Shown: positions 1 to 9,919 of the stretch, piece by piece | Position numbering within the stretch: the stretch's first letter is position 1 | How the letters are laid out: the number at the start of each line of letters is the position of its first letter | Source: Lama guanicoe | Lineage: Eukaryota | Assembly (NCBI GenBank): GCA_013239625.1 | Contig: MU053881.1 | Span: forward strand, 12,910,879 to 12,974,878 | Direction of reading: 5' to 3' | DNA length: 64,000 nucleotides | Notes under the pieces: model-generated | Database searches by the model: none | The model's input: only the letters and a program-made list of their open reading frames with translations | What the model was told of the DNA's origin: nothing | Translations under genes and position numbers: made by a program

Positions 1-2
1 AC

Positions 3-53
3 CTTGACATGACCTGAGGTGGTGGGAAGGTTGTTTCCCTGTGCTTCATCCAC
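3..53 (-). pseudogene. Pseudo-exon, 51 bp: WMKHRETTFPPPQVMS (alternative frame VDEAQGNNLPTTSGHVK)
   Basis: Acceptor tatttctcaccaaAG; AAG|GT donor at the window edge; length divisible by 3. Confidence 0.4.
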
Positions 54-216
54 CTTTGGTGAGAAATACATTCATGTCATCACTCAGACTTTATTTGACG
101 GCTGTTACTTGCATTCTTCCCTGCCATACTTTTTCTGTACACCTATTAACACCTTAAAATAAATAACAGTAAGAAAAATAAGTAACAGTAAGAAAATAAA
201 ACACTGTGTGATATAT

Positions 217-343
217 CCTCAGTCCTGAAGATCCTGTGGCATGGAAAGGAAAATATGATTTGCTTCTCTGCACACCAAAGGCTCTTTATCAGAAAGAAGT
301 TTCCGACAGCTGACTGGAGATGACTCCTAAACTCTGACCATCC
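217..343 (-). pseudogene. Pseudo-exon, 127 bp: GMVRV*ESSPVSCRKLLSDKEPLVCREANHIFLSMPQDLQD*G
   Basis: Long pyrimidine tract ending tttGG (inferred AG>GG); donor ATATAT (inferred GT>AT); HEAT-like L-L-x-D-x-x-P-x-V-x-x-x-A motif. Confidence 0.45.
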
Positions 344-684
344 CCAAAGGGGAAAAAAAAATCACTTCATCAGAATGACAACTGGATATACCATGTGCTG
401 TTCTGTGCTGTGATTTCTATGCCATGGCTCTTCAGTTTTTAATCAAAATCTCTGGCTTGTTGCCCTCCGCTCTGAAAATTCTGATTCTGTTTATCTACAG
501 GTTATCCACTCTGAGTCACAGTGCTGATAAAGATAACAGAGGGTCATTAGATAAATCAGTGACTGAAAACTGTTGCTATCTGCAGGATGAGATAGAATCT
601 GGAAGACAACGTAAACAATACTATTCTCATGCTTTACAATATGGGGAACAAAATGTGGGGGTTAAACATTTAGGCTCTGGGATG

Positions 685-688
<4 letters not shown>

Positions 689-721
<33 letters not shown>
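689..721. repeat. Poly(T) mononucleotide run (~33 nt)
   Basis: Directly visible; produces the poly-Phe stretch in spurious ORF 424..831. Confidence 0.95.
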
Positions 722-725
<4 letters not shown>

Positions 726-759
726 CTTAGCCTCTCAATTCCTTCAACTTTCTGAGAAT

Positions 760-1360
760 CTTTATATCTGGTACTCTGTTCTGAAATGTACTTCATCTGA
801 TGTTAATAAAAGCACTTCTGCTTTTTCTTAGTTTTAGTAAAATACTTTTTTATCCTTTTACTTTTAACTAACTTGTGTCTTTACATTTAAAATACATTTG
901 TTTGAGGTAGCACATAGAGTGCCAAATCTGACAAGGTTTCACTTTTAATTGGGATATGTAGACCACTTATATTTAATGTGATTATTGATATGGTTATATT
1001 TAAATCAATCTTCTTGTTATTTTTCATATGTTTTGTTATTCGAATTTTATTCTTTTTTCTGCCTTCTTTTGAATTTGCATATATTTTAAATGTATCTTCT
1101 TTACATTGTTGACTCATTTGCTCCAATTCTTTTATTTTAGTAGTTGCTTTAGGATATACAGTATATATTTGATCTTAATCACAGTTTATTTTGAAATGAT
1201 ATTATACATTTCCATGCATAGTATAAGAATCCTAAAATAATATACTCTTATTTCTTCCCTCCAGCCCGATACTGTTGTCAGTTATTTTACTTTTACATGT
1301 TACAAACCTCATATTTTACTATTTTGTTTAAAATTTATTTACCTTTTAAAGAGCCTTAAA
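760..1360 (-). mobile_element. Old L1 fragment (inter-ORF region / ORF2 endonuclease start)
   Basis: Minus-strand peptide IDLNITISIITLNISGLHIPIK resembles the L1 ORF2 N-terminus (ISIITLNVNGLNSPIK). Confidence 0.75.
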
Positions 1361-1375
1361 TATTATCAAAATCAT

Positions 1376-2985
1376 GTGTTCAGCAAATGATTCAGTTAGA
1401 CACATATATGTATTCTTTTTCGGATTCTTTTTCATTATAGGTTATTACAAGATATTGAATGTAATTCCTTGTGCAGTGCACTCCCCTCTCATCCCCAAGT
1501 TCTGTGCTCTTGGGGTTCTCCTAAGAGGGCTGTGTGGGTCCTTTTGCTGTGGCAGGCTGCCTGTGGGTGGTCTGGTAGGCTTGGTTGGCTCCAGGTCTGG
1601 TGGCTTCCAGGCCCCGTCTTGTGTGGATGCTGCTGGCTGCTCTTTATCGGGGCCTGGTCACCAGGTGGCTGGTTGCGGAATCCTGGAGGGTCCCGAGGCT
1701 GGTGCAGGCTCACCGACGGGCAGAGTCAGGATCCTGAAGACCCTGGGGCTGTTGCCCACTCACCGGCAAGTGAAGCCAGCTCCTGGGAATAGTGCCAAAC
1801 TGTTGACAGTCAGAGCTGGTTCCTGGATTCTGGCTCCGGGTTCCAGGGATCCCAGATTGTTGTCATTTCAGATTGTTGGTGGTGGGGGCCTCAGTTCCTG
1901 ACACAGTCAGGTAGGGGGTCTGGGGTGTCCCAAAGGTTGCATCGGCCTGCTAGTGGCCAGGCCCAGCTTCTCCCAGGGTAGGTCTGGCCTGTGTTGCGGG
2001 GTTGTAGTTTTCTTTCTTCTGCTGTCTGCCCCTGGTGGTGAGGCTGGTCTAGAGGCTTGTGCAGGCTGCTTGGCAGGAAGGGCTGGTGCCTGCCGGCTGG
2101 TGGGTGGGGCTGGGTCTGGCCCTCTGAGGGGAAGGGCCATGTCTAGGGGCTTGTGTAGGGGCAGCTGTGAGCTCTTTAGTCTTTAAGCAGCCGGTCTGCT
2201 GATAGGTGGGGCTGGCCTGAGGCTTCATCAGCACTGGCACCTGCAGGCTGCTGAGTGTTGAGTGCGGCCAGGTGTTTGTGCTAATGAGCCAGCGTTACCT
2301 CCTAGGCCTCGCACCACCTAGCAGAACGCAGGTGCCAGGGCTGGGGTTGCTTCAGTTCTTGGCGATAGTCAGCCAAGATGTCGGCCGCCAGCAGCAGCAG
2401 CAGTGTTCACATGGCAGAATGCTCCCCATATGTCTGCCAGCAGAGTTTATGTCCCCATGGGGAGGCGCAACTGCCCCCCACCTCTCCAGGAGACTCTCCA
2501 AGACCAGCAGGTAGGTCTGGTTCAGGCTCCTATTAAATTACTGGTTTTGCCTCAGGTCCTGGTGCGCGGGAGATTTTGTGAGCGCTTTTAAGAGTGAAGT
2601 TTCTCTTCCCCAAGTCCTGTCGGGCTGCTGTAAAGAAGCCCCGCAGGCCTTCAAGCCAAATGCTTTTGGGGCTTGTCTTCCTGGTCCCAGATTCCCAGCC
2701 TGGGGAGCCTGACCTGGGGTCTGAACTCTCGCTCCTGCGGGAGAACCTCTGCAGTAAGTTAGTCTAGTTTCTCGTTCGCCCCCCTGGGGGGTATGTTGTG
2801 ATTCCGCTCCTCCCGTGTGTCTCCTTGTGGTTCCTTCTTTAGGTCGTTAGCTGCAGAAGGTGTTTTCTGGTAGGTTCCAGTCTTTTTCATCAGCAGTTGT
2901 TCTGCAGGTAGTTGTGGTTTTGGTGCGTTTGTGAGAGGAGGTGAGCTCAGGGCCTTTCTGCTCCGCCATCTTGGCCGCTCTCCCC
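1376..2985 (-). mobile_element. L1 GC-rich 5'UTR (~1480-2985) directly abutting an L1 3'UTR fragment (~1376-1480)
   Basis: Minus strand begins GGGGAGAGCGGCCAAGATGGCGGAG (L1 5' end with YY1 motif); CpG-rich; 1376-1480 matches the 3'UTR seen in the copies at 20285 and 36080. Confidence 0.75.
2964..2974 (-). promoter_or_regulatory. YY1 site of the L1 internal promoter (CCAAGATGGCG)
   Basis: Motif ~12-22 nt from the L1 5' end, the established position. Confidence 0.6.
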
Positions 2986-2991
2986 ATTCTG

Positions 2992-3138
2992 TTTGTTTGT
3001 TTGTTTTATAATTTTTTTGGTGGAGGGAGGTAGTTAGGTTTATTTATCTAGTAATCTTGATGGAGGTACTGGGGATTGAACCTAGGACCTCATGCATGCT
3101 AGGCAAGTGCTCTACCACTGAGCTACACCCTCCCCCCA
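2992..3138 (-). mobile_element. tRNA-derived SINE (camelid Vic-1-like)
   Basis: Minus strand: GGGAGGGTGTAGCTCAGTGGTAGAGC (A box)...GGTTCAATCCCC (B box), A-rich tail, imperfect TSD cccatt(c/t)t(g/a)tttgttt. Confidence 0.85.
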
Positions 3139-3216
3139 CCCATTTTATTTGTTTTTAAATGTAGCTTATCTTTAAACATTCGTTTTAAATGAATAATGGA
3201 AGACAATCCCACTTAT

Positions 3217-3253
3217 CCCAAACAAAAACTACATAGAAATAAATTCTCTCTTC
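3217..3253 (-). pseudogene. Pseudo-exon, 37 bp: EERIYFYVVFVW(G), dead donor
   Basis: Acceptor cgtttttctAG; donor reads GGG|ATAAGT (GTAAGT with +1 G>A); phases match both neighbours. Confidence 0.45.
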
Positions 3254-3404
3254 CTAGAAAAACGTATGGCAACATTCAGTTCTGGAGACAAGACAGGTAC
3301 ACGTGTACCTTATCATTGGCCCTAGGGCTGCCTGCGTTCTCCTTTCAGATCAGTTATAGCTGTGCTATTCAGGTCGTCTCCCGTGGACCAGTGCCACTCC
3401 ACCA

Positions 3405-3541
3405 GCTTTTTCCGGGGGGAGGTAATTAGGTGTTTTTAAAAAATGCATTTATTTGCTGTTTTTAGAGGAGGTACTGAAGGTTGAACCCAGGACCTCGCGC
3501 ATGCTAGGCATGCACTCTACCACTTGAGCTGTACTCTCCCC
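3405..3541 (-). mobile_element. tRNA-derived SINE (Vic-1-like)
   Basis: A/B boxes and the same body as the 2992-3138 copy. Confidence 0.85.
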
Positions 3542-4074
3542 GCTCCACCAACGTTTTGTTAAGAGGTTGCAACAATACAGAAATTGAGAGACAGTGTTTA
3601 GAAACTTTAAGATCTGTTTGACTTTGTCTTGACAGCTAATGCCTGATCAAAAGGCTGTATTTTCTGTGTTTTCCTTTGTATTTTTTTTACTATTAATTTT
3701 TTAAAAACTGCATTTCTTAATTTAATCTATATACAATGAATTGGAAATTTAAAATAAACTAAACAGCACTGACCTTTTACCACAGTTTGAACAAATGAGA
3801 GATAGCATGTATAGTAAAAATGCATTTTCTTGGCACTGAGAATTCTCCTCTTAGCATTAATGTGGTGGTTTAACATGTAGAATATGCCAAATATTTTCTT
3901 AGTTTTTCAAAACATGAAGAATAGATTTGGAACAGATTTATGAAATTGTTTGTAATACGGAATAGATTTGATTATTGATATGTGCTTTGTCATGGTCATT
4001 TATCTGGTTTGGGAAATATCTGAAAGGGGATCAGACAAGGTAAACTGTGGAATGAAAACTGCCCACCACGTTAC

Positions 4075-4200
4075 CCTGAAATCTACTCTGGTCACAAGTC
4101 TTATCTCCCTCTGCTGCTCACTGTCACTTCGCAAGTACTACTTTGAAAGGAGGAGCAGATCTGTCCCATGTCAGAATGCTTTAAGTTTTTTGACATCCAC
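4075..4200 (-). pseudogene. Pseudo-exon, 126 bp: VDVKKLKAF*HGTDLLLLSK*YLRSDSEQQREIRLVTRVDFR
   Basis: Acceptor cttggcAG, donor AGG|GTAACG; phase 0-0; two in-frame stops (TGA, TAG), each one C>T change from a sense codon. Confidence 0.5.
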
Positions 4201-5189
4201 CTGCCAAGTTTCCATATTGAACACTGTATGCAGTAGAAATAAAAACAGATGTATTTCCTTAGAGAGTTCAGAAGTCAAGAGGAAAGATGTTTATCTTAGT
4301 GGTGTAAAGTGTTTTTTTTAATAATAAAATTTGAAGATATTGTAATAGTTGTATAATTGCACATGTACCTATATTCAAGCACCCTGTCTTATGTTTCTAA
4401 TATGTAGAACAACCTTTGGAAGCCAAATTGAACAGATGCCTCCTTGTCTATAATTGTAAAGGCCTTTTAATATAAAATAAGCTAATATACAATGTCAGGG
4501 AAAGTTACCAGGCAAAAAATGTTAAATGATTTTGAAGTTCATCTCATATCCATTCTGAATATAAATGGCACAAAAGACGGGTGTGGAGAAAGACACGACG
4601 CAGAAGATAAAATGTTACTAAAAGCACAAAGACAAAAAGCATAAATAGGAACAAAAGTCATTCAATATCTAACAGTGTCTTTTCCTCCTTAAATAGGTGA
4701 TAGAATGCTTAATGAAAGAAACACTTTGTCTGAGATATGCCTTACAGAGAGTGCTTCCACTCCTCTGTCCCTGGACACATAACCACCACATCTTTACAGA
4801 GGACAGTGTATGTTAATGAAATGAACGCTGCCAGGCAGAACATTAAAAGAGTTTGGTGCAATATCTGCCAGGAATATAATTTAGTTTAGGCTTGAAAGTT
4901 TTAGTCAAAGTGCATGAGGCGTATCAGGAACAATCTCTACTCCCTTTTAAAGCAAAAAGAAAGAAAAAAACCCCCCACCTTACTGTAAAACTCACTAGAG
5001 ATACCGAATTATTTATAAACTGCAATGTGCACTAGTACTTGTTATGATTGGATACAAGGGAAAAGAAAGGGGGGAAAGAGATGCTGTATACCGAGTCACA
5101 GTGCAACTGCGTGGTGACTAGAAACCAAAGGTCTGTCCGTTTAGATCACCTTGTTATCCTCCGGGGCTGCTTTAAATGGGTTATCTTAC

Positions 5190-5233
5190 CTGAACCCCCA
5201 AAGTGTTATTTGTCCAGAAAAGCCGGCAAACAC
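5190..5233 (-). pseudogene. Pseudo-exon, 44 bp: (S)VCRLFWTNNTLGVQ
   Basis: Acceptor cccttatgttAG, near-consensus donor CAG|GTAAGA. Confidence 0.5.
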
Positions 5234-5669
5234 CTAACATAAGGGTTTCTGATTTCTGCTGAGTGTAGCATGGCAGTTGAGAGTTAATGGACAAAAATAT
5301 AAGAACATAAAAGATAAATCCGTGCTCTATGTTGCATGGCAACAGTGAGTTGAGAGGACATCCCCTCACTGCAGTCAGTCACCAGCTCCCCGAGAGGCCA
5401 ACCAGCAGCACAGGGCTGTCTGGCACATAAATTACAGTACCGTGGAGACTTTTGCTATTCCCACATGTCCTACCCAAGTGAGGAAAAGCTTGCCTTTTGC
5501 TCAGGAAGCAACCATACTTACAGATGTAATGACAGTTGGGGAGGCTGATTCACAAATACATTTTAAATACATTCATAAGAACAATACTGTTGAGATAACT
5601 ATGAGGATAAAAGTCACGTGTTCTTCTTTGTAGACTGTTCTGGTTATGTAAATTGAAAACGTGTGGGGT

Positions 5670-6530
5670 ATTAGCTGTTTATTGTTGTATAACAAATTAC
5701 CGAAAATTGAGCAGATGGAAACAAAATTTTTTTATTTCACGATTTCTTAGGCTCAGGAAACTGGGACCAGCTTAGCTGAGTAATTCTGTCTCAGCTTCCG
5801 TCAAGAAATTGCAGTTAAGCTGTTGAGTGAGGCTGCAGTCTCTGTGAAGGGTCTGGAAGAGCCATTTCCAAGCTCACCTACCTGGCCATTGGCAGAAGGC
5901 TTCATTTCCTTACCATGTGGGGTGCTTATTGGTGCTGCTCATGACAAGGTTCTTTCAGAGAATGGGATCTGAGAGAGAGAAAGAGACAGGGAGAGAGAGA
6001 GTGGTGGCAGAGGACGGGGGAAGGAAGGGAGAGAGAGGAGGAGACCACAGTTTGGTGGTCATCCAGATTGTTATCAGAATCTAACCTTTGGCTCAAATGG
6101 TCCGGCTTCCCCTCTCATGGAGAACATACTCACACCCTCCCCTGACTCCACCTAAATCTCATTCCATCCCATCAGATAGACTTCTGATACCGCCTCATCT
6201 AAATTAAGTCCAGGTGTAGATGAGTTCTCCACGTGCAGTTTTTCACTTGCCATTCCTGGAGTAAAGTTCCTTTGAACCTGCAGGCCTTTTGTCTCTTTTG
6301 CTCTGAGCAGGACCATATATGATTCTCTTAAAGGTTTTATGCATCTCCTGTGACTGTTAATGGGGTTCATTTCATTAGACATAAGCCATGCCCACTGATG
6401 TCTTCTGGAGAAAAATCTTCTCAACCTTAGCTCTTTAATGAGGGAAGACACCCTTAAGCTTCTTTAGAAGTTCTGTGTTTTGTTTTGTTTTGTTTTTTTG
6501 ATTGAGAGAATCTGTGAGTCACGCCATCAG
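5670..6530. mobile_element. MaLR (MLT1-type) LTR with adjoining internal sequence, degenerate
   Basis: tattagctgtttattgttgtataacaaattacc...cagcttagctgag resembles an MLT1 LTR terminus. Confidence 0.6.
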
Positions 6531-6549
6531 CACATTGTAAGGCTTCAGT

Positions 6550-7500
6550 TCTAAACTAAACTACAAGTAAAATTGGCTTAATATGAACGAATACTCCAGC
6601 CAAGAACTGAAGAATACACATTCCCCTTGAGTACCCATGGAAAAGTTACGAAGACAGACCACATTCTGGGCAATGCAGATGGCCCCAACAAACTTAGAAG
6701 TAAAATCACAGGAAGTAGGAGCTTCCACATCAGGGTATAGATGCTCTTGTCCCTAGTCCTCCTGCTAAATCTAGGTAAAAATCCTGGACATTATATATAA
6801 AACGAAAAAAGAGGACTCTGAAAGGAAGAAAGAATGCAGACCAGCTAGGGGCCTCCACTGCAAGGAAGTTTCATTCTCTGGGTTTTCTTTTGCTTCAGTG
6901 TCACAGACTGGATGTTGGAAAAGACAGCAACCCAGAAATGCCATTGGGTGAGGACAAAAAAGACCCAAGATGTTTCTGCTCTCTCTAGCCAAAAGCTGGA
7001 AAAGAGTCAGCCTAGCAAGAGAGAAAATAATTAGACAATAATTGCTCTATTTCAGCCACAAGCCGCAGAAAAATCTGCAGCCCCTCCCGCATTGCTGTCA
7101 GGGAAAGCCGCGGGGAAGCCTAGACCAGCCATTACAGACTATAATGTAGCATCTCTCTCCTTCCATCCCGGGTGGGATCAGAGAAGACTGAATGAGGAAA
7201 TGAGACTTGCATCCTGCCTGGTGTCCAGACCAGAAGGGGAGCCTGAATTTTCACTCGCATGCAGTACCATTAATGTGTTATGTCTTTGTCTCCAAAGGAC
7301 TAGTGTCAGAAAAGGCCATGAGGGAACGACAGTTCCAGTGAAGCACGTGGGAGCAGTATGCTGCAAGCGCTGCTCCTCTCAGCCAGGGTGGTGAGGGCGG
7401 AGGGCTAGTGGGAGCCTGAGCCCCAGCCCTTGCCCAGCTGTAATGAGGTGCCATTCTCCCTGAGCAGAGTGTGGGCGGGAGCCAAGTGGGGAACAGAGAA
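6550..7500 (+). mobile_element. Old L1 fragments (ORF2 endonuclease piece plus 5'-region piece)
   Basis: agaatacacattc...gtacccatggaa...agacagaccacattctggg resembles L1 EN (EYTFFSSAHGTFSKIDHILG). Confidence 0.55.
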
Positions 7501-8489
7501 TGGCTCCAGGTGAGGCTTGGTCCAGTGGCTTAAGTAGATTGTCACCTTTCTCCATTTCTTAGCTCTACTCCGGTTGGCCCCGTTCTCTGTAGACTTTCAC
7601 TTGAGAGTGAAATGGCTACTAGCAGCTCCCAGGGCTATATACGTTTATAGTCAAGCCTATATCTTGTCAAAAGAGGAAAGCCCAGTTCCCAACATTCCCA
7701 ACAAAAATCCTGAGATTGAGTCTTCCTGAGGCATCTTGTATTAACTGGGTCATGAATCACAGTAGGAAAGGGCTGCGAAACATTGTTAAGGTCTTATGTC
7801 ACTCCCTCTGTTCTCCAGATAAAATTAAGATACTGTTGCAAAAGAGGTGAGTGGATATTGTGAAAGGAATTAAAGTGCACTCAAACAGAGAAATACACTT
7901 TTTTTTCTTTTATCAGCTTATTAATTGCAAATCAGCATGTACAGAATTATTTCACCCTTAAAGAATGTACATTATTTGTATGAATATATTACATCCTTTT
8001 GATAGACACTTGTCATTTTATGTTTTGTTCTCTTTTTGATTTTTGCCACTATAAACAAGGATGCAGTAAATATCTTTATGCGTAAAGCTGTTTTAAAACA
8101 GTTCAATTGGAGTTACACTAATTTCACTAAAATTAAAAGAAAAAACAGTTTTCTTTCTGTTTGCCTTTAAGAACTCACTGAAGGGAAAAGCAATTTCAAA
8201 TATGAGAAAAAATGATAAGTCATTTGATGTTATGTAAACAGAACAGATGGTAAGAGTAATGTGTAATTTTAACACATTTCAGGTTTCTGCAGCATGTTAG
8301 GTATTAAAACGTATCCTTCCATCTCCCTCAAACACATCAACTTTAAGCTTCTTAAATTCTTAAACCACACAGAGTATGGTTTATAATATAAAATAGAAGA
8401 CTTAAGTGCTCAACTTCATCTCTAATTTCAGTTAAACACAGCCACCTCCTCACTTAAATACTTCAGGCAGCAGGCCTGATGCAGCTTAC

Positions 8490-8590
8490 TGTTTTCTGAT
8501 GCTTTCGTTCAGGACTCCAGTTTCCTCTTTTGAAACATCCCCACTAATGTATGAGCTATATGAGTAACGACAGCAGATGCCTCAGTACAC
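8490..8590 (-). pseudogene. Pseudo-exon, 101 bp: CTEASAVVTHIAHTLVGMFQKRKLES*TKASEN
   Basis: Acceptor ttcttgacaaatcAG, donor ACA|GTAAGC; in-frame TGA. Confidence 0.55.
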
Positions 8591-9699
8591 CTGATTTGTC
8601 AAGAATATCAGGACATCCAAAAGGCTATTTACAAACTATATTTTACTTTCATTTCCACAAAAGGATGGCGATTTTGTTTTAAATGCAAGATGCACAAGAG
8701 ACCGAAAGAGGAGAAAATGGAAGATTTAACATCTTAGTTGATATTACTTTGATTTTCTGGTGAAAGATGAAAATTTCTGTTGATTCTGCCTACTGATGGT
8801 GTTACTTCCCTTTTCTTTCCTCCTTACCTCATTTATTGAGTCACTCTTTTGCACCACTTGAGGTTAAATTGTTGAGAGTGTTCAATTTATTATCCCATTT
8901 TAAGATACCCGAGGACCAAAACTGAGAGTACTTTTCTTTCACTACAGAATTTGTTTAAAAATTATTCACAGTTGTTGCAGTTGTTTAAAAGTTCAGTGTA
9001 ATATTTTTTTTTCCCACTTAGGACCAGACCAAAGTGCATAATTACAGTATGCTCGTCTAGATTTTAAGTGGAATCACATCTGTGGTCTCTCGTACCTTCA
9101 GGACAGCCCTTGAGATAGGAAGTTAGGAATAGCCTCATCTTACCAATAGAGAAGCTAGTCGTTTCTGCTTTCCTCTACGAGTGAGAGCTAGACTTTAGTC
9201 AAGTCCAATTTCTACTAGATCTGCCTTTTGCCACTCTATATTTGTATTACTCCCATATTAAAGATTTTCTTGCAATTTTTCTTGCATTTGAGAACTGCTT
9301 TCCTTTTTCTTATCAGTCCTCTTTCTGTAGTATTTTTTTAAGAAATTCATTTCATAAGGGCAGATTTATGGGAAACTTTTCAGTAATTTAAAGTTGTCTC
9401 TATTTTACCCTTATTCTTGAAAGAATTTGCCTAAATTGAATATAGAATACAGATATTTTTTTCTCAATAAGTTAAAGATACTATTTCATTCTCTTTTGAC
9501 TTAATTATTGCTATTAGCAAATCAGCCAAGTATTTTTCCTTCACTTTTTTTTTTTTTGAGGCAAATTTCTCTATTTGATTTCTTTGAAGAACTTTTTATG
9601 TGTTTGTGTTCTGCAAAATTCCCTGCAGGTAGTTCAGGTGTGAATTTTTTTAAATTTATGCTGCTTTCAATTTAGTCATTGACAATTCAGAATTTGTAG

Positions 9700-9915
9700 G
9701 GTCAACTGTAGAGTATACTGAGCAAAGGGAAAAGGCACATGGAGTGAAGCCTAGGAGAAACCAGACACAAAGATTCTCTTCTTAGAGCAAACACATGAGA
9801 ATGTGCTTAATTCTCTCAGCAAGGATGTGTGACAACATGTGCGAGTATTGTCAACCAGGGAATCTCATCCCACTCTTGGTTACCAGGGTTTTCATTGAGG
9901 GTCAGCCGCGTAGGC
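9700..9915. mobile_element. MER21-like LTR fragment
   Basis: gcaaagggaaaaggcacatgg...aggagaaaccag...cttaattctctcagcaag...tgtgacaaca matches the recalled MER21 consensus. Confidence 0.55.
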
Positions 9916-9919
9916 GTAC

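Noticed and set aside
161..200. ~20-bp tandem duplication (taacagtaagaaaa)
   Set aside because: Two copies only; ordinary slippage.
424..831. 135-aa plus-strand ORF and possible exon 501-610
   Set aside because: The ORF runs through a poly(T) tract into L1; the donor (C|GTAAAC) is weak; no recognisable protein.
1374..2591. Cluster of long GC-rich ORFs, or a CpG-island gene promoter
   Set aside because: All lie within the L1 5'UTR; high GC explains the scarcity of stop codons.
3060..3135. tRNA gene (likewise at ~3470, ~42000 and ~58460)
   Set aside because: The tRNA-like head is followed by a SINE body, A-rich tail and TSDs, so these are SINEs.
9022..9060. Plus-strand acceptor ttttttttcccacttAG followed by DQTKVHNYSMLV*
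   Set aside because: No convincing donor, polyA context or homology.
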